A DNA stretch of 63,677 bases, filler included, from Sluysia triapertura (taxonomy: Eukaryota): assembly GCA_046118255.1 (NCBI GenBank). It is 4 parts of 4 records of this genome, joined end to end, with 100 filler letters (N's around TTAATTAATTAA, not from the genome) between each part and the next. Parts side by side here need not be neighbours in the genome. Positions count along the whole stretch, not along the records: positions 39,383 to 52,498 come from JBJNIA010058431.1; positions 52,599 to 63,677 come from JBJNIA010189231.1; 2 more parts are not named here. The stretch is one strand, 5' to 3'. Position numbers and translations under genes: made by a program. Below the pieces are notes generated by a model. That model made no database searches. It was not told where the DNA came from and saw nothing but the letters and a program-made list of their open reading frames with translations. Each line of letters begins with the position of its first letter. The stretch's first letter is position 1. This document shows positions 50,301 to 63,677 of this stretch, piece after piece.

Positions 50301-52498
50301 ACATATTTCTTTTTGTCCAATGAAACATGAATGTTAGACAGCCATCTTGATTTGGATTTAATAACTAATTTAGATAGCCATATTGGCTTTTTAATTTGTT
50401 ATTCTTTTATTATATTTTTTGATTTAATTATTATTATTACTATAATTTTAATTATTGTTTTATATTGTTATATAACAAACAAACTAAAGAAAATTGCATA
50501 TAACAAATATTTTGATTAATTCTTATCCTTATCCTTATTCTTTTTCAATGATACCCAAGTTGATATTAGATCATTAACGAATTTGAATTTGTAAGATATA
50601 AGTAAACGAGGTTAATTTAAAATGACTTAGAAATCATCAAGATATTTTTTGAGTGTTTGTTAATTTAGATATTTCTTCAATTAATGTACCAATCCTAAAG
50701 TATGTTATATGCCCTTCAAAGGAGCTAATTAATAACTGAGACATTTCTTCAATGTCGCCATAAAATCACTTATAGTTTTTTCTTTTGAAATAACTAATTC
50801 AATAGTTTAAGACTTAATTGTTTCATTTAGGATACTGATTCTGCTATAGTTTCGCATTCAATATGATTTAAAAAATCTATTTAACCATTTCTTCTTGTAT
50901 CCAATTTAATTTCATATTGTTATTATACTAGAATGAGCATTATACATAAATATTGCAAATAGTTTTTGGTATTTAAATTTTTTAATTCTTTCATTCTTCT
51001 TTTATAAACTATTCATCTTCAATTTCGTATCTTTACAATCTTTGAAGCACTTCTGTCAAAACGTATTTGTATATTTCCTTTGAAATAGGTTTTACTAATT
51101 TAAACATTGATGTTATCTAGTTTAATGGTTTGGTTATCTATCTTCATTACGTTTTATTTGACTAACTAAACGATCGTCTTTATAATATTTTGCTCGGAAA
51201 TAGGTAAAAGAATCGGGATTGAATTATTCTTGCGGTAATTTACTGGGTATAAAATTTTCGGTACTTTGTAAACCCTACTACAAGCTACTTTAACTAAATA
51301 TATTAAAAAGTATTTTAAACTAAAAAAAACACTACACTTTTATACACCTAATCTATTTAATTTACAGATGTCGATCCATATAAATACACAATTAATATTT
51401 TAAGTTATTTTTTTAATTATTTTAAATATTTCAAATTTTAAAAATTAAAAATTGAATTTTTTTGTGAAATGTATTTAATACAAATTAAAATTGTTAAAAT
51501 ATAAAAATAAATCAATGTTAAACGTTGAAAATTATTCTAACTGCCCAAAACAAAATCCACATTAACAATGTTATATATCCATATATCATAAATTCAATTT
51601 TAACAATGTAATACTTTTACAAAAAAAATTACATACTTACGTTAAATTATTTTCATAAAACAATTTTATTACATAAGATTACCTTGATAATTTGTATTTT
51701 ATCAAATCCTTGGGGAGTCTGTTTATCTCTGTATTCAACTAAACATTATTTTATTATTTTGAATTTAATACAGATATAACTTTACTGAATGATAAATTAA
51801 TAAATTATGTGCATTAAAATTTTGATATCTAATTTATTAATGTTTTTATTTGATTTTTTGATTTATTTTTAAATTATATATTTTAAATGCATTAATTAAA
51901 TAATTTAATATAATTTGCTGGGTTCTTTTCTAATCTAAAAGCTTACCTGCAGCAAAATAATTAATATTTATGAGTCCGTTTACAGTATACGACTTATCTG
52001 TGGCGTATCTGTAAAATCACTTAAAGTAATTATTAAAATTAACTCTTTAAAAACGTTCAATCTCTGTTTGATACTGCTAAGTAAAAAATTATTATTATAT
52101 AGCTGAAGCCAATCAAGACTAAACTAAATTAACGGTAAAACTTAATGACTTAGTTTAAAAAATGTAATTATAATGCTCCTCGGTGCAAATTATATATTTT
52201 GATTAAAAATCACTCAAAAATAACTATTTTTATGCCTATATTTTAATACTTCTCGTTCTCTTCAATATAAATAACAAAACGCAAAATGGTTAGATATTTT
52301 TATTATACCAAACACTAAAAATTGTAAGATTAACTAGAACGTAAAGGTTTACTATTAAAAATATAAAATTAATAATCGTCAAAAAATGGAAATTATTAGA
52401 ATATGAATATAAAACGTGAATACTAAATAAATATAATAAAATTTGTAATAATTAATATCCAATTTAATATATTAAGGATGTAGCTTTATAATAAAACT

Positions 52499-52598
52499 NN
52501 NNNNNNNNNNNNNNNNNNNNNNNNNNNNNNNNNNNNNNNNNNTTAATTAATTAANNNNNNNNNNNNNNNNNNNNNNNNNNNNNNNNNNNNNNNNNNNN
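52499..52598. other. assembly linker
   Basis: 44N-TTAATTAATTAA-44N. Confidence 0.97.
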
Positions 52599-52630
<32 letters not shown>

Positions 52631-52771
52631 TAGCTAAGATTTATTAAATGATGTCAGATTTTTTAGTATTTTATTATATTATGATAATAGCACTGCAGAA
52701 TATATATCTTACATGGTTTTTTATTTGATACGTTTGTGTATAAATTATTGATTTGTTTAATTTGTTTTCAG

Positions 52772-52935
52772 AATTCAAATGATGCATCAGATAAAGACTC
52801 GTTTACAACTTGCGAAGGAAACTGTCAAATTAAAGAAAATGAAAGTGCTGATGGTGATGATGACGATGATGATTGTGACATAATCATGAATTTAGATAGT
52901 GAAACTGATACAGATATCCATGATGAAAATCATGA
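52772..52935 (+). CDS. possible isolated acidic exon of an unidentified gene
   Basis: ttttcag acceptor; NSNDASDKDSFTTCEGNC...DDDDDDCD...; weak gttcgt donor; no partner exons found. Confidence 0.3.
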
Positions 52936-53369
52936 GTTCGTTTTTATTAAACAAATATATTTATATAAAGCTTAAATTTGTAAAAATTAAACATATTACA
53001 GTCTTTGGAATGAATATATTTTCTATAAATTGAAATTTTATGAATTTTTTTGTTTACTAATTTAGGGCCATTTGTTTTTTCTTAATACATTGTTTATTAT
53101 ATTCACATTCTATAATATAATTCTCTTTGAAATTCGAATCCATCTTACTTATATGTATTACGCATTCTTTTATTTGGTCGAATATTACATTTTTATATTT
53201 GATTACACTTTTTTTGAGTCTTTACATTATTATGTCACATATTAATACATTAGAATTCCAATTTGTCCTTAACAAATTTAGTTTTACTTGAAAAATCGAA
53301 AATTTTTAAAAATTTGATTGTTATACATCTATTAGAAATATTTCACATTGAATGCATGGCATTTTTGTT

Positions 53370-56300
53370 TTATTAGGTCTAAGTATACGACTTTGTTTTC
53401 CGAAGGAATGAAACCTTATGTTGACTTAGGCTTTTCTATATAATGTTCAACGGCTTTCAATAACTAATAAAAAATCATCTTGAGTAACAAGGATTGTATT
53501 GCAGTATCACAACATTTGATCGGCAGCGTCTGCACCCGCATGATTATTTACTATCATGATTCAACATACTTTTCATTTTCATGAATTACACTTACAACAA
53601 AAACTGATTTGCTTCCTTTTTCAAATCATATAATCATTTTATTATGAATTTAGATTCATACTTTTCATTGTTTTGATAAAATTTAATCTATGGTTAAATT
53701 TTCTCCTTAGATTTTATCGTTCTAATCAGAGTGATTTTTATTGTATTTAGCTTTTGCAATAGATTTGTGCTAGAAAAGAAATTATCTGTTATTATGTTTA
53801 TACAACTTTAGTATGTGGTTCAAATATATAATGACACCTAATTTCGTGCTAATACTACTTTTACATAAATATAGATCTGCATTGAATAATAACCACACTG
53901 TGCACCACACAACAACCATATACAATTTTCTAGGTTTCGATAGCAAATATTGAGTTATTTTAATTCGTAAAGGTTGTACAATGGTGTAATACTGTTTGAG
54001 TTTATGATATTTCATCGAATTTTCAATTATTCTGTCTCTTTTCGCCATAAAACAAAATGTATCTGTCTTTTCTAAATGTTCTAATAATTTTATCAAATCT
54101 CAAAATATTTGTAATTTTCAAAAATTGATTGATACAGATACTAAATAATGTGTGTTTATGGGGTTTTGACTAAATAGGTTCTTTATCTTTTGAAAACACA
54201 CCTGACAATGCATATTTGGAAATTTTATTGTTTTGAGTTGCGATATTAATTTAAAGATTTTATAAATTTGAAATGTTAACTTGTAGAATTTTGAATCTTT
54301 AATATAATATGTTCTTAATGATTCGATATCGTAAAGACAATGCCGAACTGTTTTTGATAATGCGTTTATGTCAAAGTTCGGATTTTTAGTTTCGGATCTA
54401 ACAAGTAATTCAATTACGTTAATAGTAAAACCTTGTACGATGATCTGACAGATAACGAAGCGAGATGTTATTAGGTTGAGTCTTGCCTAGTGATATGTAT
54501 GTGCATTTATATACAGGTATAACTTGATCTTTTGAGTCTTCAAAAGGCATTGATTTACAGTTCGAACTGAATTTTGTCGAACTGATACGACGTTATTTCT
54601 TTTAGAAATAATAGACTTAATTTTAACATTTCAATTTCAAAAATAAATATAAAAAATTTAGGTAAAATACATTTATTACATAAAAAATGGATTTTAAATC
54701 TTGTCATAAAGTCTTCTCTATTTAATTCTTCGGCCAACGCTACAACCAGTTGTGCTCCACTTATCCATTCTTTAATTTGGTTAACTAAAATATAAATCAA
54801 AGAGGATATAGAACAAAAACTTACATAAAATATCTTGCCGCAAAAAGTATAGTTAATTAGTATATCTAAATTCTCTTTACTCAACAATTCATCTATCTCT
54901 AACATCGGTGTTGACGACATCTTCAACTGTTGACATTGTAGTGTTGTGATTAGCTCGTTAACTCGTAGTAAAATAAACTTGTGACGACAGTTCTTAAAAT
55001 CGTCCGGAGCATTAAATTTTGATTTTGAACTAAAGACACGTAAGACTGTGTAGGAATAGTCCGATTAAGTCTTTTTGTATTAAGTGCTGGCTTTTGGTAG
55101 GTCTCTTGGTGTACTGTGTAAGCTATTCTCGAATCGAATGCTTGTGACTAAATCTTTATTGTAATTATTGTCCAATTCATCTTTGAGTACGCTCGTAATA
55201 GCTAACTTCTCATTCAGGATTTGAAATATTTGATTGACTTTTCGTTGAAATAGTTCAATGTTTGAAAATTTTTGTCGTGGTTTGATCAATGATAGAAAAT
55301 TTTTTAAAAATAACATCGTGCACGCGTCATTAAGGTAAAATGATTGCGTTGAATCTATACAAATAACTAAATCGATTAAATCTTTTGGATTTGGTTTATC
55401 GGATCTACTATTGTCATCATATTTCATTTGTTGTGATGCATCAAAATTTATAAAGTCAACTTCGTCATAAACATTTGTTCTGATTGTTTCATAAAAGGGA
55501 TTATCATGGTTCTTTGGAGTATTACAAAAATCATATTGTTTATATTCAAAGAAACTAGAAAAAGTTATTATTTGAATGGTAATTTCATTATCATTGAGAA
55601 AAGGTGATATACCATAAACATTTTTATTTTGTTTTGTTTTTCTTTTTGGATCTAAGTAAAATTCGTTAAACTCGTTAGCATGCTTTATGAGGAGTTTATA
55701 ATTGGAGGGCGTATCATTGAGAAGTCGGCCTTGTGGTTATTTTTATATAATTTTAAAAGATGGCCTATTATATCGTGCTTTATTTTCGTCTTTATATTGT
55801 CAGGTCTACTTATATCTGACATTGTATTATATTTCATTAATTTTTCTTTATAAGTTGTACGTAGATTATATATTAACTCAATCATTTTTAGTTTCATTTC
55901 AATGACAATCCTATACTCTATCTCTTCGGTGAGCCGAATACATAATGTTCTGTTTTTTAAAAGGTATAATGATAATTCTAAAACATAAGGATAAAATTGT
56001 ATTAGATAAAAAACATTTAAAAATTCAAGATTTGAAACAATAATGATAAAGATGTTAGTTTTAAAATTTATTTTAGTATGTTCGACCGTTCTCCTCCACC
56101 AAAGCCCTTGCCGCACTTCTCGGTTCCTGTCGAAATATTTGCAAACTAAATCAAGAATTAAATTATACATAGACTGATGCTTACAAAATCAAATTTTGAC
56201 TCATTTATGTTGCCGATATATTCAAACTGCGATTGTTCTGCTTGTAATGGGTATGAAACATGGTCTAATTTCATAATATCGTTTCCATTATTTGTTGACA

Positions 56301-57096
56301 TTACTTTACCAACTAATTTTTTGTTAAAAGGATTTATCATTTCTTCTTGATGGATATTTCCTGATGGATGACTTAAGACTGAATTGTCCTTATTTTTAAC
56401 TTTTATAATCGAATTTATCATAATAGCATTAATGAGCTCGTAATTTTCTGAGGAGTTTTCATTGGAAAAGTGATGCTTTGTAATACGACATAAATCGTAT
56501 TTTGATTGCTTAATAATCTTTAATGTATTGCTGAAATCGTTCATGTAATCATTTTTAGAATCTTCATCAGAATTAATATCCGTATCATTATCAATTCTAA
56601 GATTTTCATGGATATCATCGTTATTATTTTCGTTGCCATCTGAAGTGATAGTATTTGAAGAATAATTAAGATTAGTATCCTGTGGATCCGGTAAAGTACT
56701 AAACTCATTACTTGAAATAATTACTATATAATTATTAAACGAAATTTTGATTTTCATTAGACAGTTTAGTTGTTTTGTAATAGATGGATTAGTGACAGTA
56801 ATTTGATAATGAGTGCTAGGGCACAACGAAGTGTCAATCGAAATAGATTTATTACCTACATCAGTATTAATAACAGCTTGATAAATATAACTGATCAGTG
56901 TATATAAATTATTTCGAACGATAAATCTGAAGGTTAGTATGAAGTTTTGACGAGCATAGTTCATAATCAAATTCACGCAATTTTTGTCTTTCACTTTATT
57001 GTGTGAATAAAAGCAATATGACAGAGTAGTACTGTAATTGTTTGACCATGACTTCACGATATTGGATTCTAACTTTTTATAGCACTTATCCTCCAT
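53370..57096 (-). pseudogene. frameshifted ~3.7-kb gene of unknown function carried by element copy 2
   Basis: Five successive co-oriented ORFs. The gap 55430-55700 is also open (YKLLIKHANEFNEFY...FDASQQMKYDD), indicating one gene broken by frameshifts. Confidence 0.65.
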
Positions 57097-57497
57097 AAAC
57101 TTTTTAAAAAACTCAAGTCCATTAATAACGATGGAAGTTTCAAAAATTAAACAAAATGAATTGTTGACAGCGCTTTTAGTTCATATATTGAAATTGATAT
57201 TTTTTTGTCATCTGGAATATTAAATATTACGATATTAATTGAAAAAGAATCAAACATTTTATCATCTACTTTAGTATTAGCTAATGTTATATTTTAATTT
57301 GCTTAGTAATTAGTAATATAATATAATAACGTCTGAACCATACAAATTAACGTGATGATTGTATTGCCAATTTTAATAATTTTTTAGCTAATAACTCTTC
57401 GTTGATTATTGTGATTGAGTTGACAAAATTTTAATCGATAGTACAGTATTCTTTTTATCAATGATTATAAAATATTATGTGTACTAATTTTAGTCTG

Positions 57498-57562
57498 CCC
57501 AATCAGAGTATTAAGAAGTAAGTATTTACAAGTAATTCCTAGTGAGCTATACTCTGATTGGG
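57498..57562. promoter_or_regulatory. inverted pair of CCAAT boxes (CCCAATCAGAGTAT / ATACTCTGATTGGG)
   Basis: Perfect 14-bp inverted repeat with 37-nt spacer. Confidence 0.6.
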
Positions 57563-60500
57563 TGATGCTTCATAAGTGGATTAAAATGAAAATAAGTATC
57601 AACTGATGAGTGACCATCATCAGCGCTGACAGCCTAATGAAAATGTGACATAGACTGTCAACAATGGTGATGGCAGTAACCAGATTTGTCATCGGATGGT
57701 TGGTAATTTTAATTTTAATTATTTAATAAAAATAACAATAATAATAACAATAGTAATAATAATGATAGTAATAATAATAACAGTAATAATAATACTAATA
57801 TTGTCATTATTATTATTAACAATTGAAATTAAATGCATAAACATCTTTGAACTTGTACATGAACTTGATCTTTATATTTCTTTAACATTCTGACATATAA
57901 ATAAAAAGAAATAAAACTGATAACATGTTGTGAAAGAACTACGATAACGAGGTGTACTACATCTCGCTTATCGCTGTTGTTTCATATTTAAAATAATGAA
58001 CTCTTTAAGGCTTTGTTAGGTTTATTAATAAAGGTAAAAGAAATGACTTGAGTTGTACTTAAGGCGAAGAGTGTTAGAATAAATTACTAAATTTTGTTAA
58101 GATTTGATTCTTGAATATGATAGTTTGAGATGGTTATTGAAAGGTTGAAGTTTATTTAATTTTAAAATACGATTACAAAATAAATCTTAACGTATTTATG
58201 ATGTTATTGAGAATGAGTGTTGACGATGAATATGTGTAAGTGAAGTGGGTTTAGTTTGATGTAGTTGATTGGAAGTTTAAATGCAAAAGTTAACTATGTC
58301 TGAGGTACTTGTTGACGTTATTAAGTGGTGTTATTGTATTTATGATTTGTGTATTGTATATTATGGTCTATTTGATGAAATAATTTTTGAGTGAATATTG
58401 TGAATTATTGGAGATTAATTGATGGAGTATGTTGTGAAGTGAATGATTGAGAGTGTTAATCGAGTTGTTGATATATAAGTTGTTAAGATATTATAGATGT
58501 CGCGTGTTGTTTATAGTGATTGAATTGATGTAGTTCGATAGTAAGAAGTGTGATTGCTATAGAAATGATGTTTTAGTGAAATTTAAGTCATGTATATTGA
58601 TTATGTTTTGAAAAATTTTAAATTGTGTGTTGGCCACTACACATAAGATTAGTAAAAGTACATTTGATAATTAACTTAATTAAAATACCCTTCTGTACAA
58701 TAATTTTGGTTGAAAAGTGCTATTAAAGCATGGAAATATTGGAGTATTTCGATTTAAATTAACGGATATAACCTAAGTAATTAATCGGATAAAAACAATA
58801 AAAACTTGTTAGGCATAATTGATAATTTGATGCCTATTTAATAGTAAGGATTTTTCTATGTTAGATATTATTAAAAGTAGAAAAATCACATAAAAATTAC
58901 GTTTATGGTTATGTGAAAAAAATATTAAATTTTCTTTTTAAAGTGAGGTGTTTGCTAAAGATAGAAAAGAATGTATAATGTAAAATTAATTATTTGGAAT
59001 CATTATTAGAAGATTAGGAGCTTTTATTACCATGGTTTTCTGAGAAATAAAATAAAAGGGATTGAGTGTCATGATTATATGCTAATATAATGGAATAAAT
59101 ATAATTAGAAAACTGTCATATATGTGAGTTGATTTAGCTTATAATTTTACAACAAAATTATTGGTTACCTGAACCAATTACAGTGAAACTCCCATTATCT
59201 GGATTACTAGAATAATAAATAAATTCGAACAAAAAGTGCATTCCTTATAAAGGTTTTTAATTAAAATAGTCTGTTATTGATTTTGCTCTAATGAGGAATA
59301 TCTTTTATGGGCCGATAAATCTCGAATTCTTTTTAAACAAAGCAACTGCACTGCATCTAACTCTCCTAGTGTTCCAAACCAACGCATAGCAATCTCTGGT
59401 GCGGTAAATGTATCACTTTGCTAACTTTCCACTTCATGTTCATCACCTATTAGTGTCTCATCTTATTATAATTACATGTATTATTATACATTTATTATAA
59501 TTACCAACACGTTCAACAACTACATCATCATTTAGCACCTGCAACTCTCATTCTACTCACTCTTTAAGATATAATAAATTGCAATCAGAATACCCTGGAA
59601 CTTCTTTTACCAAGGCTACTAAATTATCCTCTTCATATTTAATATCAAATATCTCATTACTATCATTACTATCATTTCCAACCATTAATCTATTCCAACA
59701 AGACAAAATAGTTATATCTGTGGTGGCCAGCACCATTTTGCATTATTTTAATATTCCAGAACACTAATTTTGAAATCTATACGATATCTAAATTTACTAA
59801 ATTTATATTTTAAAATTCAAAAAAAACAAAACAAAACGAAATTTACATAAAATACCTTCAATTCCACAAACTCTCTTTTATAACTCTTTCTTTTATTCAT
59901 TTACATTTCTCCTATCTATTTGTCTTCAATACTCATGTTTGCTATTATCTCTTTCTAATTTCTCTTCTGCACTATGCACCATTATCTAGTCATCATTATA
60001 TTCTAACGCGTCTGTCTGATATTGTTTTTCTGAACAAATATCAATTAATTTTTAAAACTTGAAGGATTCTATTTGGCGAAAGGTTGATGATTTATTTGCA
60101 AAAAGGAAAATATTAAAACCTTTAACGATATTAAAGAGGCTTCAATTAATTAAATGAGGTTAAAGGATAAAGTTAAATCTGTAAAAAATGCAACTTTAAA
60201 ATTATTGAAAGTTTAGTATTCTGTTGTAATAATAATCCAATATTGTTACTCAAAAGATTCGTCGTTGAAAATTCTGAATTGTTCACAAAAACAAATATTT
60301 GTTGGCTCGTCTAGAAATATGTCTGAGAACGAAGTTTTAAGAATGTTTAATATGTTGAAAGAAATTACGCATGTAAAAAAATTGACGCTTAAAGGTAAAA
60401 AGATACCAGTACAATTATAGTGTTGGTAACATTAAATGAACTTAAATAAGAGTAAAGCAGAAAAAGAAAAGCAAGCACCGAATAAATCAAGCAATATTAC

Positions 60501-61019
60501 AGACATGGCAAATAAAAATTCCTGTTTAGAAGTAAAAAATGAACTAGAGCAAGTAAAAGATAAAGATAAAAGATCCCATAATAATTATAACAATAATAGT
60601 AATATTAATGTATAATAATAAAAGCTGAAAATAAATAACAGCAACGTAAAATGTTGCCTATCTAATTAAATATATATTACTACTACTAAAATTAATAGCA
60701 CCACAAATCTACGATTAAAAATAATTTTAATCAGACACAAAGACAAAAGTTAATTTTTAGTGCAATAATTTAGTTGCTTAAATGTCTAAATTTTACATAA
60801 AAGCGAAGATATGAAATCACCAAGTCAACCATTATTAATGCCTACGTAGATAAAATATAGTTAAATCAAAAACTCATAAAGTTGACCAAAGGTAATGTCT
60901 ATCTAAACAAAATCAAGTTCATTCGTGAAGTTAGCAAGTCTAACATAAATAATGCTTATGTTAATAAATTAAAAGTATTCCATGAAATTATTAAATCAAG
61001 TAAAAATAAAGTTAATATT

Positions 61020-62100
61020 GCAAGATAAATGTTAATGTGGTTGTTTATTTAGCTTTTATTCTACGTGAATCCCTTACGATATTAGGCTTACTTAAGGGCT
61101 AAAACGTAAGTGACGTGTAAAATAGCTATTTGGAGGTTTTATAAAGAAATATCGATAAGCTAGCTAAAGAGCTAATGCAGTGGTGTCAGAAATTGAGTCT
61201 CAGTCTTATTGCAATGGCAGATTGAAAATGTGTAATTTACGTCAGATCTCGAAATTATTATTAGATTTTAATATTACAATATCTAATTGTCAATTATTTT
61301 GGGGGTAATTTTACAACTATATAATTTTTCAGTTACGATGAAAATAAATAATTCGTATAAGTAAAATATATTATGACAAAACCTTTAAATATTGTTATAG
61401 TAAAATGTTATAATGATAGTATTACTATAATATTTATAGGAATTACAAAAATTATACGATTGGTAATAATTTTGTTTTTTAATTAAATTTATAAGTATGT
61501 TGTGAATGATTTTAAGTGGATTTTTCATCAATTAAAATAAAACTGACTAACAAAACTATTAAAAATTTGGAGAATAATTGTCTTGCGAGTTAAGATTTGA
61601 ATTGTCTGCACTGTTATAGTTGACAGGTATTGCTATATTGATATTACTAAAAATTTGTCTGATTTATGCATTTTTGATATTGTTTGTGTATTAAAATTTA
61701 TGAAGGTTAAACTTTGTAATTTCATATTTAGTTAAAAAAATTTTAAATTATTTTTAAAAAATAATTTAAATAGTTCCGTTTACAAATCTAAAATCATATT
61801 TTTTAGAAATATTAATAATGCTAGATATGTTATATGTAATTGTTTATTTAATTTTTTCCTACGTGAATCACTTACGATATTAGACTTACTTAAGGGCTTA
61901 TACGTGAGTGGCGTATAAAATAGCTATTTGGAGCGTTGATAATCTAGCTAAACAGCTAATGTTATGGTGTCAGAATTTAATTCCTGTTTGACAGATTAAA
62001 ACTATATAATTTACGTCAGATCTCAAAAGAGTAATCTGCAATTTTTTAGATTTTAATATAACAAAAATTCCAGTAGTCCGTAATTTTAATGTAAATTTTA
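61020..62100 (+). repeat. dispersed repeat family R, two tandem copies (cores at 61061 and 61859)
   Basis: ~250 bp of clear direct similarity between the two copies and to 35790. Confidence 0.85.
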
Positions 62101-62448
62101 AACTTCGACAGAGAGCAAGAAGGAATAACTAAGCAATTAGTTTAAAAAGTTATTATCCTAATTAATCCTTCGATAAGATTTAAGAACAATTTTTTTCGAA
62201 CTAATGAAAATAAAAATCAGAATCTTACCAATTGAAATCAATCTTGTTTGAATCCTGATTAAAATATTTGTTTTCCAAAAAATAATAAACTCGATATTTG
62301 ATTTTCAATCAATCTTGTGTTTGTGCTGTATTGTACTTATTAATAACCTAGTTTATATACTATTTTGTTATAATAATATTTAACCCTTATAATAATCACT
62401 CTTGAAATTTAATTAATCCTTATAATATTAGTGGAATGTGTATAAGTA

Positions 62449-62610
62449 GTGATATTGTTCAAATAGAAATAAATAATATTCAAATAATGTTCGATAATTA
62501 ATTAGTCGAATGTTCAATACTATTAGTTGTGATATTATTCAAATAGAAATAAATAATTAGAGATAAATAATATTATTCAAATAATGTTCAATACTTAGTC
62601 GAATGTTTTT
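62449..62610. repeat. short tandem duplication (~80 bp x2)
   Basis: GTGATATT.TTCAAATAGAAATAAATAAT...TTAGTCGAATGTT occurs twice. Confidence 0.8.
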
Positions 62611-62689
62611 ATAATAATAGTAATAATAGTAATAGTAATAATTATAACAGTAATCAGCCAAACAATATTTTTACTTTCATAAGTTCGAA

Positions 62690-62905
62690 TTTTATGTTAT
62701 TAAATTTTGATTTAATATTGTCTTTATTGAATCTCACTTTAAAATGACTATTTTCAATCTAAAATTGATTGTTATTTGTTATTAAATTTTAAATTTATAC
62801 TAATTCTATGGAATCTGATTTTAAATTAATATAAACATTATAATCTCAGTGATAATGATTTTAATTTTATTTTTAAAATGAAATACATAATTTTAAATTA
62901 AAAAT
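62690..62905 (+). repeat. AT-rich dispersed repeat, homologue of 34540-34770
   Basis: Collinear similarity by eye. Confidence 0.65.
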
Positions 62906-63677
62906 TTGAAAAATTTTTTGAATAATAATTATTACTGTTATTGTGAAAATTTATTATATGTGGAAGTTGTAATATTTTATCTTATTTTCTTTTATTGTTT
63001 TATAAAGCTTTGTTTTCTATGGTACTGGACTTACTCACTAAAGGGCCAGTATATAGAATTTGCAGCGTGAATATAGTCGGAGGTCGTAGATCTATTTTCT
63101 TTTTTATTTAATAATGTTTATGAAATTCTGTTAAATATACAGTTATCAAGAACAAATAAATTTCTTAATATAATTAAAAAAAGCAAAATAGCGTAACTAT
63201 ATATCACAACCAACGTTTTATAATAATATTTGGTTAATAAGATTATTATATTCTAATAATAATCTACTCAAGTTAATTTATATATGTAAAAGGTTTTACT
63301 ATGTAAAAATGTTAATTTATTTACAATTAAATTATTAATAATCTTTTAAATGAACTAACGTAGTTATTAATCTATTTCTTCAAATTAAAATCTTTTTCTT
63401 CATATAATTTTCCTTGGAAAATTTCTTTCTTCAAATTAAAAAATCTTTCCCAATATGCTTTCTTCTGTATTGATAATTTAAAATTTTATTTCTTCAAATT
63501 GATTATATAATAATTTTAGATTTTTAAAAAAATATCAATTTAAACAAAATAAAAAAATAATAATTTCAAAAATGATTTAATAATTAAAATGTACATTATA
63601 AAATAATTTTTATTACACAATTTTTTATTCATACTTAAAATTTACAAAATTTAGATTAATTAAAAATTACAAAATTT

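Larger units (their letters stand above)
53370..58641 (-). mobile_element. unclassified TGTAGTGG-terminus element, copy 2 (3' limit approximate)
   Basis: Same terminus, leader, AAT tract, CCAAT inverted repeat and homologous gene as 6357-9800. Confidence 0.65.

Noticed and set aside
53370-57096. Alternative genetic code explaining the broken ORFs
   Set aside because: The breaks I checked are frameshifts, and the host genes read cleanly in the standard code.
6357-58641. The two inverted TGTAGTGG leaders as TIRs of one 52-kb giant transposon enclosing the LLTP gene
   Set aside because: They lie on different contigs across three artificial linkers, are strongly diverged, and each leads into its own homologous ORF. 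Independent copies are more parsimonious.
60230-60450. Possible LINE ORF1 remnant (MSENEVLRMF...VKKLTLKGK)
   Set aside because: Resemblance too weak, with no zinc knuckle or adjacent ORF2.

Overview
Very AT-rich invertebrate (animal) genomic DNA. It consists of four contigs joined by artificial 100-bp linkers (44N-TTAATTAATTAA-44N at 11615, 39283 and 52499), so adjacency across the linkers is not reliable. Two host genes are recognisable. One is four internal exons of a Gly-X-Y collagen (1624-6294, +). The other is the 3' part of a giant apolipophorin/apoB-type large lipid transfer protein (13695-32440, +; at least 5,718 aa) with a single 16.1-kb exon and C-terminal VWD, C8 and VWA-like domains. 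The rest is mostly decayed mobile DNA: a Polinton/Maverick remnant (major capsid, cysteine protease, pPolB end), an L2/CR1 LINE 3' fragment, hAT and pogo-type MITEs, a probable piggyBac derivative and a B-box pseudogene. Two repeat families could not be assigned to a known class. (i) Long elements that begin TGTRGTGG and carry a ~1.1-kb strand-skewed leader, an inverted pair of CCAAT boxes and a long gene of unknown function. (ii) A ~160-bp TGTT...AACA element built around an alanine-identity tRNA-like core with a variable or absent anticodon arm. All family assignments are by eye; no searches were run.
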